Counted from the stretch's first letter, positions 18,821 to 29,005 are shown. The stretch is 64,000 nt of DNA from an uncultured delta proteobacterium (GCA_963823335.1 CAWGLD010000004.1:128001-192000); one strand, 5' to 3'. Notes: a model not told the origin generated them from the sequence alone. A program made the numbers and translations.

Positions 18821-20869
18821 TTACTTCATTTGCCTTTCGACTCGAATCGGCAACATAAACCAAAACCGAGAGCCTTCACCGAGAGCGGACTCCACTCCTA
18901 TCTGCCCCCCGTGCATTTCAACGATTTTTTTTGAGATGGAAAGTCCGAGACCAGTTCCACCTTTTACTCGAGTGCTGGATCCGTCAGCCTGTTGAAATTC
19001 TTCGAATATCTTTTCCTGGTTAACTTCAGAAAGCCCGATCCCTGTGTCAGTTACAGAGATCAAAAAAGATCCATTGAAAAGAGCTACTTCCACTTTAACT
19101 TCTCCTTGTTCGGTAAATTTAATTGCATTCCCGAGAAGGTTAAGTATCACTTGGGCTATGCGTTGTTCATCTCCCTTGCCTTTTTCGAGACTCTTTGGGA
19201 CTATAACCTTCAAATCAAGGTTCTTTTCCACCGCTAACGCCTCAACGGATGTGATGGCAGTCTGAATTGTATCCTGAATCGAATAGTCGTTTAAAGAAAG
19301 TGTAAGCCTGCCAGCTTCAATTTTGGAAAGATCGAGTACATCATTAATCAAGCTAAGGAGATGGCGCCCATTTTTTTCCACGCGTTCAAGGACCTCTCGA
19401 ATTTTTTCTGGGACCTCACCGTAAATGTTATCTATAATCAATTCCGAATAACCAAGAATGGCATTCAAAGGTGTTCTAAGTTCGTGGCTCATGTTGGCAA
19501 GAAACTCGGATTTATGTTTGTTGGCAATCTCAAGCTCTCGTCCCTTATGTTCGATTTCGCGGAAAAGTCGAGCATTATGAATAGCTACAACTGATTGGGC
19601 TGCAAATGTTTGAAGCATTTCAACAACCGGGGGTGGAAACTCACCTGACGTCTTTCTTCGGACGACCAAGCCTCCAATGATTCGGTTTTCGCGTAGCAAT
19701 GGAAAGGCAAGCAAGGCTCGGTAGCCTGCTTCTTGAACGGACTGAAGAAGAGGGTAATCTGGTACATTTGAAAGATCCGGAATTTGATCCGGTGCCCGAT
19801 TTTTAGCAGCTTGGCCGATTACTGTTTTGTCTCCCACTTGGAGTCTATACTCTCGCAATGTGTCGATGAACTCTTCATTCAGGCCGTAGTTTATCCGTGG
19901 TATAAAGATTTGCTCTGTTTCGTCAAATTCGTAAATCGTTCCGGCATCTGTCTTTGAAAGCAGTACCGCATGGCGAACAATGCTTGTCAACACCTTCTCA
20001 ATATCGAGAGTGGAACTAACCGCCTGGCTTACTTCCCCTAAAGCTTTCAATTCTTCTACTGATCGAGCAAGTTCTTTGGTACGCAATTCAACTTTTTCTT
20101 CTAAAGAGCGGCTGTAACCCTCTATTTTTATCTTGCTCTCACTCAGTTCTGTAAATAACTTCTTGATGGCATGCCGCATATCATCAAGATGCTGGGCCAG
20201 AGTCCCAATCTCGTCATTGCTGCTTTTGTCCACAAATGTTTCTAAATCTCCTTGTGCAATCAGAGCCGCTGATGCTTGTAATTTCTGCAATGGCGCAGAG
20301 ATATAACGTCTTGTGATGAAGATAGAAGTGAGCCAAATTGCGGTTATAATGAGGATTAATAAGGCAATCGTACCGTAAATTTGAAAAATCGCCTGCCTTT
20401 TTACTTCCTCACGCGACATTACGATTAAGATCTTGCTGATGATGTTTTTCTTATAGTAGATATCGGATGATTTGGCTATCAGGTCAGAATTTTGAACCAA
20501 AATCGGAGAGAACTCTGAATCAATATTTTTGTGTTGAAAACTGTGACGTTTTCGCTCAGTGATAATTTTGTTTTCCCAAGATATTTTTAAATAAACCATT
20601 GAGTCATCTAGAAACAATGCCTCGACAAAATCATTTACGACAATGTAGTTCAAATTCCACAGTGGTATAGGGAGACTATTCTCCGCAAACAAGATTGCGT
20701 TATCTAGTCGCTTTTGCATCACTGACTCAATTTTATTGACGTCATACATTATGACGATTACAGTAAATGCGATTAATAATAGGGCGATGATACTGATTAA
20801 GGTGTAGCTGAAACGGCGACTGATACTGCTGGCCTTAGAAGAGCTTGTAGATGAGAAGGGGTTCTGCAT
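18821..20869 (-). CDS. Membrane sensor histidine kinase (HAMP, GAF, HisKA, HATPase)
   Basis: Two TMs, DEIG.L, SHELRTPLN, NAIKFT, DTGIG, GTGLGL. Confidence 0.93.
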   Translation of the reverse strand: MQNPFSSTSSSKASSISRRFSYTLISIIALLLIAFTVIVIMYDVNKIESVMQKRLDNAILFAENSLPIPLWNLNYIVVNDFVEALFLDDSMVYLKISWENKIITERKRHSFQHKNIDSEFSPILVQNSDLIAKSSDIYYKKNIISKILIVMSREEVKRQAIFQIYGTIALLILIITAIWLTSIFITRRYISAPLQKLQASAALIAQGDLETFVDKSSNDEIGTLAQHLDDMRHAIKKLFTELSESKIKIEGYSRSLEEKVELRTKELARSVEELKALGEVSQAVSSTLDIEKVLTSIVRHAVLLSKTDAGTIYEFDETEQIFIPRINYGLNEEFIDTLREYRLQVGDKTVIGQAAKNRAPDQIPDLSNVPDYPLLQSVQEAGYRALLAFPLLRENRIIGGLVVRRKTSGEFPPPVVEMLQTFAAQSVVAIHNARLFREIEHKGRELEIANKHKSEFLANMSHELRTPLNAILGYSELIIDNIYGEVPEKIREVLERVEKNGRHLLSLINDVLDLSKIEAGRLTLSLNDYSIQDTIQTAITSVEALAVEKNLDLKVIVPKSLEKGKGDEQRIAQVILNLLGNAIKFTEQGEVKVEVALFNGSFLISVTDTGIGLSEVNQEKIFEEFQQADGSSTRVKGGTGLGLSISKKIVEMHGGQIGVESALGEGSRFWFMLPIRVERQMK

Positions 20870-20941
20870 GGACCTTATCCTCTATAGGGTAGAATATCAG
20901 CCATTTTTTAGTGGAATCTTTTTAAAAATGGTAATCATGTC

Positions 20942-21706
20942 CTAATTATTTATCTCTGGGAATGGATCATCGTCTAATCTTTTATTCCAATTTTTACGAA
21001 TCTGCAGAATAGTGCCATCAGATGACAAGGCATCAAAAGCATCCTTCCACCTTTTGACTATTAAATCTGAAGTCTTTTTTGAAAAAGCGATCATAAGATC
21101 AATTTCACGCAGATGATAGACCTCATGAAACTCAGTGTGATCAACACCAGCTAATTCACAGACCGTTCTCATGCCTGGTATTTTATAGGCCCATAGGTCT
21201 ATTCGTCCGAGCGCAAGCTTTTTTGCATTTAACTGTTCATCTGAAACAGGATCAAGATTTGTAAATCCATAGGATTCTAATAATCGCCCACGCGTATCAT
21301 CTCGCAGTGTCCCTATTTGTTTTACCTTTTTAGCATCTTCTATTGTATTAATCGTGATACCTGAGCCTTTTTTTGCGACGAGAATATCTCTTTTCGTTGC
21401 CAACGGTCCAACCCATTTGAATTTATCATGGCGTTCCTTGCTATACGTCATCCCAAACAATATTACATTTTTATTTTCCAGAGCCATTTTGTAAGCTCTT
21501 GACCATGGATAAACTTGTATTGGCTCCAAAGATCCTACCTTTTTCTGAATCTCTTTCACAATCTCCACAGAAGGACCAACTAGCACACCATTTTCTACAT
21601 AATTTAATGGTGGCAAATTTTCTGTTAAAATAGTGAGCTCTTCGCAATAGATAGATTGGCTTCCAAGTAGAACGATTGCCACAAGAATAAAAAAAGCTTT
21701 TTTCAT
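20942..21706 (-). CDS. Periplasmic substrate-binding protein (family 3)
   Basis: Signal peptide, TENLPPLNY, PW.RA, FKWVGP, G.I..I..W. Confidence 0.88.
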   Translation of the reverse strand: MKKAFFILVAIVLLGSQSIYCEELTILTENLPPLNYVENGVLVGPSVEIVKEIQKKVGSLEPIQVYPWSRAYKMALENKNVILFGMTYSKERHDKFKWVGPLATKRDILVAKKGSGITINTIEDAKKVKQIGTLRDDTRGRLLESYGFTNLDPVSDEQLNAKKLALGRIDLWAYKIPGMRTVCELAGVDHTEFHEVYHLREIDLMIAFSKKTSDLIVKRWKDAFDALSSDGTILQIRKNWNKRLDDDPFPEINN

Positions 21707-21890
21707 AACACCCCCCTGTAAAATTTACTATTTACAGCCAATAATATCGCCCCGTCTACTTGTGGATATTTATTCTTTGGAAATAATGAACAGCTTAATT
21801 ACTTGTGTATAAATGGATGATGATCTTTTTTGATAGATAAGACCAGATGAGAAGGAGCTCAGATTGAGAACAGTTTATGCGATTCAGTAC

Positions 21891-22188
21891 GAGATCAAAT
21901 GTAATTTTAGAGTGTTATAAGATTAATACATGACATGGGGGAACGGGTCAAGGATTTGCTGTTTCCAAGATGATTGATTGGGATATCTTGTCCGAAAACC
22001 AAATATCGCTGAACCTTTGATTGATGGAGACAAGTCCAGTTATCAAGTTCAACGGAAATATTGCCGATACCATTCGGTCATCCCCACGGTACCATGGGAA
22101 CCACTATTAATTCAAGATTCGGTCGGTTGTGATTATTTTCGCACACCGGTAATTTTTAGGGTGCCTGATATTTACCGTTTTGTTGGAG
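21891..22188 (+). repeat. ICR copy B (full length)
   Basis: Has the promoter part, atggagacaagtccagttatcaagttcaac, cccacggtaccatggg, tgtgattattttcgca and the end ccgttttgttggag. Confidence 0.92.
21923..21951 (-). promoter_or_regulatory. Sigma70-like promoter inside ICR (TTGACC-N17-TATTAA)
   Basis: The same 17-bp spacing is conserved in five ICR copies. Confidence 0.65.
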
Positions 22189-22328
22189 CAACCGTGTTCG
22201 GAGTCAAGTCCTAATTTTGCTGCCAAAGCTTTTGATCCCGAAGCATCGCGTTTGTGACTATCAGCAATTTACGCATGTCAAAAGAGTTAGAAACGATGCC
22301 TGTGTTGTTGTAACATCCCGCAAAAATT

Positions 22329-23225
22329 CTAATTAATATACACAGTCCCTTTTTTAAGACCCCTGCCATATTTGATCTGTGGATTCTCTTTCAATAATGG
22401 TCGATCAGCTTGTATCGGTATGCCTTCAATGTTTGGGTTACATTTGAGCATGTACTGGAAAGCATTGTAAACTGATTGTTTCTCCTCTTTTATACCATTG
22501 TGTAAAAACCCATCAAAAAGACACTTTACAAAGGGCCACTCATCCTGTTTCCATCTTAATGTTTTTATGGTTTGATGAATAGCTAAATCAGCTTGGCTGA
22601 TAATCACTGTGTTATCAAGTTTCAGCGCAATATCTGTGAATTGCCCAGAAAAACACTGGTTCAAGATCACAACAATTTGCTTGGCCTTAATTCTTGCCAA
22701 TCTCTCCTGAAATTCAAGACGACTTAGGGCACCATCTGGAAATATCATAACTCCTGTAGTTCCAACGCATTTAGATTTATCAAATTCAGGCACATGTTCT
22801 ATATTTGGTAATGTTTCATATTTTTTAAACACTAAATCAATATTGCCATGTCCAGATCTAAATATTACAAGCGAATCAGTTGAATCTATCATATTCTCAA
22901 GGCGGTTTAATTCGTCTAAAAATATTTTTTTTGTAGCATTCCTTTCAACAATGGAGTGGTTTGACTTTTTGCCGCCATAGAATAAAATTTTAATATTTTC
23001 TTCGCAATAACCCAATTTTATAAGGGTATTAGAAACATATACAATATTTTTGAAGAAAGAATCGTAATTATCCAATTCTGTAACCCCCCCACCAACCAAC
23101 AAGGCATACTTTTGGGATTCGTTATTTTTATGTTTTACTGTGGGATTAAACGAATAGACGGATACTGTTGAAATGATACTGATCAGCAGCATTAAAAGGA
23201 CAGCTTTGTTGACTGAATTGATCAT
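22329..23225 (-). CDS. Secreted clan CD cysteine peptidase (C13/caspase-like)
   Basis: Signal peptide, KYALLVGG, SGHG and NQCFSG catalytic dyad motifs. Confidence 0.75.
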   Translation of the reverse strand: MINSVNKAVLLMLLISIISTVSVYSFNPTVKHKNNESQKYALLVGGGVTELDNYDSFFKNIVYVSNTLIKLGYCEENIKILFYGGKKSNHSIVERNATKKIFLDELNRLENMIDSTDSLVIFRSGHGNIDLVFKKYETLPNIEHVPEFDKSKCVGTTGVMIFPDGALSRLEFQERLARIKAKQIVVILNQCFSGQFTDIALKLDNTVIISQADLAIHQTIKTLRWKQDEWPFVKCLFDGFLHNGIKEEKQSVYNAFQYMLKCNPNIEGIPIQADRPLLKENPQIKYGRGLKKGTVYIN

Positions 23226-23307
23226 AGTTATCAGTAATCCATATGTGACGTTGGTACTGACAGGTATAGTATGAGATTAGATCAGGTATATTTAATTGAA
23301 CCAGATT

Positions 23308-23405
23308 GAGGTCAGATGTGATTTAAGCGTGTAATAAAAACAATACATATTTGGTTAGGATATGTCAAGGATTAGCTATCTTAAAGGATGGTTCTTGGGG
23401 ATAAC
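23308..23405 (+). repeat. ICR copy C (promoter part; TTGACA-N17-TATTGT on minus strand)
   Basis: gtgatttaagcgtg...tacat...tgtcaaggattagct aligns with copies B and O. Confidence 0.75.
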
Positions 23406-23673
23406 GAGAAATTGACTCGGCGTTGGCTCTCACCAGGTATTCACGACACCCGAAAATCGTTGATCCTTGACCCTCGAAATCTTCATGCGTGAGGCCAGTA
23501 TCTTCGATGGTTGCGGCGAAGACCTCAGGTGGCCGGGGCGCAAAAGGTGGGCAGTCAATCTGGATAGACAGACGTGCTGGATCTCCCCATGTCTGATAGC
23601 GCACTTGGTCCTCTGGGCAAACTGGCTGCCTCCCCTCCTCATCAGCTGGAACCATATTATAACCCCCTCTCAT
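23365..23673 (-). CDS. Hypothetical protein, probably 3'-truncated (runs into ICR copy C)
   Basis: ORF only; last codons lie inside the repeat. Confidence 0.35.
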   Translation of the reverse strand: MRGGYNMVPADEEGRQPVCPEDQVRYQTWGDPARLSIQIDCPPFAPRPPEVFAATIEDTGLTHEDFEGQGSTIFGCREYLVRANAESISRYPQEPSFKIANP

Positions 23674-23769
23674 AGTTAATGTATAACTTTAGATATTATT
23701 CATATATTACTGATTATATTATTGAGCCTGCATGACACTGACAGGCTTATCAGATAGGCTTGTAACAGG

Positions 23770-24090
23770 TTATATTGATGGTGTTGCGCCCCCTGTCAAC
23801 CCATTCAGCAGGTTTACAGCATTACGTTTGTGATCAGAACTCAGATGGGAATACCGCAGGGTCATGGTCATGGTTTTATGGCCCAGCAACTCCTGGACAT
23901 CCTTCAGCGATCCACCCCGCATGATAACCTGTGATGAAAAAGTATGCCTGAGGTCGTGGAAACGAAAATCCTGGAGGCCTGACCTCACCACAGCGGCCTT
24001 GAACCCTTTTTTGATATTACCCAAGGGCTTGTCATTGAACGTGAAAACATATTCAGACGTCAAGTGCTGCTCTTTCCGAATCGTTCGAAA
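23770..24090 (-). pseudogene. C-terminal fragment of a phage-type tyrosine integrase
   Basis: FRFHDLRHTF, VQELLGH and T.RYSHL (H-x-x-R, H, Y); the N-terminal domains and first catalytic Arg are missing. Confidence 0.88.
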
Positions 24091-24214
24091 TACAATACAC
24101 CAATGTTTCGACATTACAGTAAGAGATTAAACCAAACACTATTTGTCTAATTTATAACGTAATATTATATTGTTATGTTCATTTTAATATGTTTTATTTT
24201 TTTAAAATTCTATA

Positions 24215-24243
24215 TTGACATGTGCATGTATGTGCATTAATGT
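24215..24243 (+). promoter_or_regulatory. arsR promoter TTGACA-N17-TAATGT with TGCA-N6-TGCA operator-like site in the spacer
   Basis: Seen directly; the same TGCA-N6-TGCA recurs at 24626-24639 before arsM. Confidence 0.65.
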
Positions 24244-24603
24244 ATGTTTATGAAATTGATAACCGCCCCACAAAAAAGAGTTGCCGCAGAAGACCTGATC
24301 AACGCATTCGATTCGAAATTCTTCAAAACGATGAGCGAGCCAGTTCGAATGCAGATCATGAAGTTTTTATTGCTGAACGGACGGTCTGACATAGCAACCA
24401 TTGCCGACAACATGCCCCAGGATCGGTCCGTGATTTCCAGGCATTTAAATCTGATGTCCGAAGTGGGTATTTTAAAGTGTGAAAAAGAAACCCGGCATGT
24501 ATTCTACGAAATCGATGGAAATGTCTTTCTTGACAAATTAGAAAGCATGACTCAACAGATTCGAAAATGCATGCCTCTCTGTTGTCCCGACTGTTTGAAA
24601 TGA
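24244..24603 (+). CDS. arsR: ArsR/SmtB family repressor with C-terminal Cys cluster
   Basis: FK..S.P.R..I, S.ISRHL..M...G; C-terminus CMPLCCPDC; adjacent to arsM; start may be 24250. Confidence 0.85.
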   Translation: MFMKLITAPQKRVAAEDLINAFDSKFFKTMSEPVRMQIMKFLLLNGRSDIATIADNMPQDRSVISRHLNLMSEVGILKCEKETRHVFYEIDGNVFLDKLESMTQQIRKCMPLCCPDCLK

Positions 24604-24662
24604 AGTGTTTTTTTGTCTAAATTTATGCATATGGGTGCATATAAACACAAAAGGAGCAAAGA

Positions 24663-25538
24663 ATGGCATCACAGAGTAAGAGTGAGGTAAGACGGAATGT
24701 AAGAGCATACTACGGCAAAATAGCCGAGTCCGCAAAACTGAATCCGGTTGGATTTCAATATTCATCCTGTTGCGACCCCTCATCCAGTAATGTGGATACT
24801 GTGGAATCTGGATCGTGCTGCGCTGGCAACAAGGATTTCCCCGCAAAAGAGATATCAAGGGCACTGGGATACTCCAAAAAGGATATGAATCATGTTCCCA
24901 AAGGATCGAACATGGGTCTTGGCTGTGGTAACCCCAAGGCCATTGCGGCATTAAAATTCGGGGAGGCTGTATTGGATCTGGGAAGCGGCGGTGGATTCGA
25001 CTGCTTCCTGGCTTCACGGGAAGTCGGAGAAACCGGGAAAGTGATCGGCGTGGACATGACACCTGACATGCTGGAAAAGGCAAGGCAAAACATAGTGAAG
25101 TCCGGTGTGACCAATGTAGAGTTCAGGCTGGGTGAGATCGAACATCTGCCTGTAGCAAACGCCAGCATCGATGTCATCATGTCCAATTGCGTCATCAACC
25201 TGTCACCTGATAAGCAACAGGTATTCGACGACGCCTTCAGGGTACTGAAACCGGGTGGTAGGTTGGCCATCTCGGATGTCGTCGCTAAAACCCAACTACC
25301 AGAGTCTTTGAAATGCAGTGTGACGATGATCTCATCCTGTATCGGTGGAGCGGAAACCATCGAGAATCTGTCGACAATGTTGAGAAAATCCGGATTTAAA
25401 GATGTGCGCATTCGACCGGTTGATGAAAGCGTTGAATTCATACGCACATGGGTCCCAGGTCGGAATATTGAGGATTATGTAATATCAGCAACGATAGAGG
25501 CGATAAAACCTGCTGAAGGAGAAAATGAAAATGAATAA
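24663..25538 (+). CDS. arsM: Arsenite S-adenosylmethionine methyltransferase
   Basis: LGCGNP, VLDLGSGGGFDCF, GVDMTP.M, SNCVINLSPDK, CIGGA. Confidence 0.93.
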   Translation: MASQSKSEVRRNVRAYYGKIAESAKLNPVGFQYSSCCDPSSSNVDTVESGSCCAGNKDFPAKEISRALGYSKKDMNHVPKGSNMGLGCGNPKAIAALKFGEAVLDLGSGGGFDCFLASREVGETGKVIGVDMTPDMLEKARQNIVKSGVTNVEFRLGEIEHLPVANASIDVIMSNCVINLSPDKQQVFDDAFRVLKPGGRLAISDVVAKTQLPESLKCSVTMISSCIGGAETIENLSTMLRKSGFKDVRIRPVDESVEFIRTWVPGRNIEDYVISATIEAIKPAEGENENE

Positions 25539-25989
25539 AAGCATGCGAACACCTGATGAGGTCGTCACCCGAATGATAGAATTATCCGAAAAACAATACA
25601 ACTGCAGCCAGATCATCATGGCCCTTTTTTTGGAGCAGGAGAAAGAGGAAAATCCAGATCTTATGCGAGCGATGGCAGGTCTTGGCAATGGCTGCGGTTT
25701 TTTTATGGAAACCTGTGGTATCATGACAGGAGGGGCTAGTGTAATGGCCTTCTACGGCGGGAAAGGGGCAGATAACGAGATCGAGTCCGATCATTTGCTG
25801 CCGATGCTTGAAGACCTGGGCGACTGGTTCCGCAGAAAAACTGCGAAAAAATGCAATGGTACACGCTGCAAGGATATCGCAGGTGATTTGGTTGGGACGC
25901 CCGAAGTAAAGCAAATTTGCGGTGGATTGATATTTCAGGGTTATATCAAAATCAATGAAATCCTGACCACCTACAATGTAAACCGGTGA
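25531..25989 (+). CDS. C-GCAxxG-C-C family putative redox protein
   Basis: YNCSQI, GLG.G....TCG..TGG, two further Cys. Confidence 0.85.
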   Translation: MNKSMRTPDEVVTRMIELSEKQYNCSQIIMALFLEQEKEENPDLMRAMAGLGNGCGFFMETCGIMTGGASVMAFYGGKGADNEIESDHLLPMLEDLGDWFRRKTAKKCNGTRCKDIAGDLVGTPEVKQICGGLIFQGYIKINEILTTYNVNR

Positions 25990-26017
25990 ACACCGGATAT
26001 CGCTGACGGATTAAACC

Positions 26018-26755
26018 ATGCCCAAAGTAACATTCCGCTTTTATGAGGAATTAAATGATTTTCTTCCAATGTATAGAAGAAAAACTGATTTTGAAGCAAT
26101 GTTTAAAGGAAAAAGGTCAATAAAAGATATGATAGAATCTCTTGGCGTTCCCCATACAGAAGTTGACCTTATATTGGTGGATGGAGAATCAGTAGATTTT
26201 AATTATATTCTCCAAGATAAAGACCGCGTAAGCGTATATCCTGTTTTTGAATCTTTCAATATTACCAATGTTACTCATCTTAGAAAGATCCCTCTTCGCA
26301 GGAATAAATTTATAGCCGATATCAACCTTGGGAATATCGTTAAATACATGCGAGCCCTGGGACTTGATCTATTTTACGATTCCTCGTTCTCCACTCGTGA
26401 AATAATTGAAATATCCAAAAGAGAAAACAGGATAATCCTGACGAAAGACAGCAAGCTCCTTAAATTCAAAGATGTAAGCCATGGAATTTATATACATCCT
26501 GGTACAACGATAGAACAGATAAGACGAATCCTCAATTACCTGGATATTAAAGATGACATCAAGCCTTTTTCAAGATGTCTTCAATGCAATACCCTTTTAG
26601 ATGTTGTACCAAAAAATAAAATCTTAGATAAAATCCCTCCAATGACAAAAGAGTTCTGCGATAAATATGTTCAATGCGGATCCTGTGATAAAATTTATTG
26701 GGAAGGAACTCATTTTATAAATATGAAAAAGGTTTTAAAACAAATACTCGCTTAA
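26018..26755 (+). CDS. Mut7-C RNase domain protein with N-terminal ubiquitin-like domain
   Basis: FRFYEELNDFL, GVPHTEVD, FSRC..CN, C..C.KIYW.G.H. Confidence 0.9.
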   Translation: MPKVTFRFYEELNDFLPMYRRKTDFEAMFKGKRSIKDMIESLGVPHTEVDLILVDGESVDFNYILQDKDRVSVYPVFESFNITNVTHLRKIPLRRNKFIADINLGNIVKYMRALGLDLFYDSSFSTREIIEISKRENRIILTKDSKLLKFKDVSHGIYIHPGTTIEQIRRILNYLDIKDDIKPFSRCLQCNTLLDVVPKNKILDKIPPMTKEFCDKYVQCGSCDKIYWEGTHFINMKKVLKQILA

Positions 26756-26988
26756 TCTTTTTCAAATTTCTGTTATTAGACTATTTCTTCATTAAACTTA
26801 TATGTTATGCTAATGCCGGTTTTATCAGAAATCGGATTTTTTGCGTTTTGTGACCCACTCGTGCCCAACAGGATTTGGAGGGTGTCATGGCCGGCGCCCA
26901 GATACAAACCGTCAATTTGATCGAAGCGTTAGAGCAAAGTGCCAAGCGACATGGACTAACTGCTCGTTCCACAAGAAAGGATCCCAAT

Positions 26989-28014
26989 ATGCCGATACCT
27001 GGAAAGCTGCTTACCACCGCCATGGCTGTCATGCCTCACATCGATGTGGATCAAGCACTCGATGCCGCCCTCTCTCTAGATATACCCTTCTGGCCGCAGC
27101 TGCCGAATTACAACTATTATGAAGACATGTACGTTCAGGCCTCAGAACATTTTCCTGGCATCCTGCTGGATTTAGAAAAGCGAACCCTGAGGTTTTCGTT
27201 GGATAAATTTATCGAAGAATTTGAAGAATCCCAAGCCCGTTTCGATGATCCGTCCTATTTTGACATCAGCCCGACATTCTCTGCCGTATATCATCGGTTT
27301 TTAGAACTCGATCTATCAAACAGGACTGCAATTAGAGGACAATTGGAAGGACCCATCAGTTTTGGGTTCAACATTCTCGACCAGAATGAACGGCCAATTC
27401 TATTTGATGATACGATTCGCCCGTTCATGTTTGAATTCATGACCAAACGCATTAACGTACAATTAAAACGCCTAAAAAAGCGAAATGCTAATGCATTTAT
27501 GTTTGTTGATGAACCGGGCCTGCAGTTTCTGTTTTCAGCCATGTCGGGTTATGATGATCGAAAGGCCAAAAAGGACATGGATGATTTTTTTGCCATGATC
27601 GATCGTCCACGTGGTGTCCATCTATGTGGAAACCCTGACTGGGACTTTTTGCTGAACACGGATCTGGACGTGCTTTCCTTGGATGTGTTCACCAATGGAG
27701 AAATCTTTGCTTCCTATGGGGACAGCATCCTGCGCTATCTGAAACGGGGTGGTGTTCTGGTGTGGGGTATCGTGCCAACCGGCTTTGAAGACTTCTCAAC
27801 CGCGAACATAAGTGCACTGGGAAAGCAGCTTGAATACATATGGGATCACCTAGCCCGAAAAGGCATCGATTTGGACATGCTACTGCACCAAAGCCTGTTG
27901 TCGCCGGCAACCTGCTGTCTGGTCAACCCGGACAAGGAGAAAACGGTAGAAAAGGCGTTTGCCATGATCAATGAGCTTTCACAGTTTTTAAGAAAGAAGT
28001 TTGGATTCGCCTGA
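26989..28014 (+). CDS. Cobalamin-independent methionine synthase-like (URO-D/MetE fold) protein
   Basis: PFWPQLP, GQL.GP.S, DEP, GVHLCGN.DW, WGIVPT. Confidence 0.8.
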   Translation: MPIPGKLLTTAMAVMPHIDVDQALDAALSLDIPFWPQLPNYNYYEDMYVQASEHFPGILLDLEKRTLRFSLDKFIEEFEESQARFDDPSYFDISPTFSAVYHRFLELDLSNRTAIRGQLEGPISFGFNILDQNERPILFDDTIRPFMFEFMTKRINVQLKRLKKRNANAFMFVDEPGLQFLFSAMSGYDDRKAKKDMDDFFAMIDRPRGVHLCGNPDWDFLLNTDLDVLSLDVFTNGEIFASYGDSILRYLKRGGVLVWGIVPTGFEDFSTANISALGKQLEYIWDHLARKGIDLDMLLHQSLLSPATCCLVNPDKEKTVEKAFAMINELSQFLRKKFGFA

Positions 28015-28283
28015 AACAGTAATTGACTTGATCAACATCCATTATTCCAAATCGTATCAACCGATTTGCGAATCATGTGGTTTCCTACCTCAATCGTATT
28101 TTGTCCAGTGAAGAAGCATGCAAATGCAAATATCAATGTAGCAAGGATACGAGTTTATAAAGACGTCATCAAATTCAGGGATTATGAGAAATTCGAGGTT
28201 TTATGATTTAACTTAATATTCTGTTTTCATTCTTGTAAATGATCTAATCAACAGTCGGATAGTGTCTTTCAGTGGCGTTGATT

Positions 28284-28389
28284 ACCATATCTTGCATTGA
28301 TAGGGACCTCCGTGGTACGCTGGGCATAACCAAATGGTATCGGCAATAATTTGGTTGGGCTTGATAACTGGGCATCTCTCCATCTATCA
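28284..28389 (-). repeat. ICR copy D (inverted, central part)
   Basis: Reverse complement reads atggagagatgcccagttatcaagcccaaccaaattattgccgatacc...gtaccacggaggtccc...gcaagat. Confidence 0.9.
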
Positions 28390-28549
28390 CCACTTGACCA
28401 ATAATCCTATAATTTGTTTAACAAAAAAGTAAAGATGGTGTAAAAGGTTTTGTGGAGAAAGCGCTTAAGTGAAATAATTTAGCTTTTACATATTGCAATA
28501 TCTTTCCAATTTAGAAACACTGTGATTTAGCAATGAAAGGAGGAGAAAG

Positions 28550-29005
28550 ATGTTTAAAGAATTTAAAGAATTTGCGATGAAGGGGAATGTTGTTGATATG
28601 GCGGTCGGTATTATTATTGGTGCCGCTTTCGGTAGCATTATCAAATCACTGGTTGCCGATGTGATCATGCCGCCCATTGGTTTGTTACTTGGCAATGTGG
28701 ATTTTTCAAATCTTTTTCTGGTTATCAAACAGGCCTCTGTTGACGGAACATTTGCCACTGTTGCAGAAGCCCAGAAAGCTGGAGCCGTCACCATTAATTA
28801 TGGAATGTTTATCAATACCCTAATTAGCTTTTTAATTGTCTCTTTTGCTATTTTTATTGTCATTAAGAATTTAAACGCATTAAAAAGAAAAGAAGAGACT
28901 CCGCCAGCAGAACCCAAAACCAAGGAATGCCCTCACTGTTTTTCAGAAATTCCAATTAAGGCAACTCGATGTGGCTTTTGTACCTCAGAGTTACAGGCAA
29001 CTTAA
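28550..29005 (+). CDS. mscL: Large-conductance mechanosensitive channel with C-terminal zinc ribbon
   Basis: [30 protein letters not shown]...C..C tail. Confidence 0.96.
   Translation: MFKEFKEFAMKGNVVDMAVGIIIGAAFGSIIKSLVADVIMPPIGLLLGNVDFSNLFLVIKQASVDGTFATVAEAQKAGAVTINYGMFINTLISFLIVSFAIFIVIKNLNALKRKEETPPAEPKTKECPHCFSEIPIKATRCGFCTSELQAT

Noticed and set aside
22047-22188. ICR as a canonical integron attC (RYYYAAC...GTTRRRY)
   Set aside because: The end is GTTGGAG (no final pyrimidine), the interior is not one long hairpin, conservation extends ~150 bp beyond, and no intI is seen; IntegronFinder should still be run
21978-22214. Short ORFs over ICR copies (also 47437-47697, 53298-53564, 42581-42796)
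   Set aside because: Starts, stops and frames are not conserved between copies, so the similarity is at DNA level
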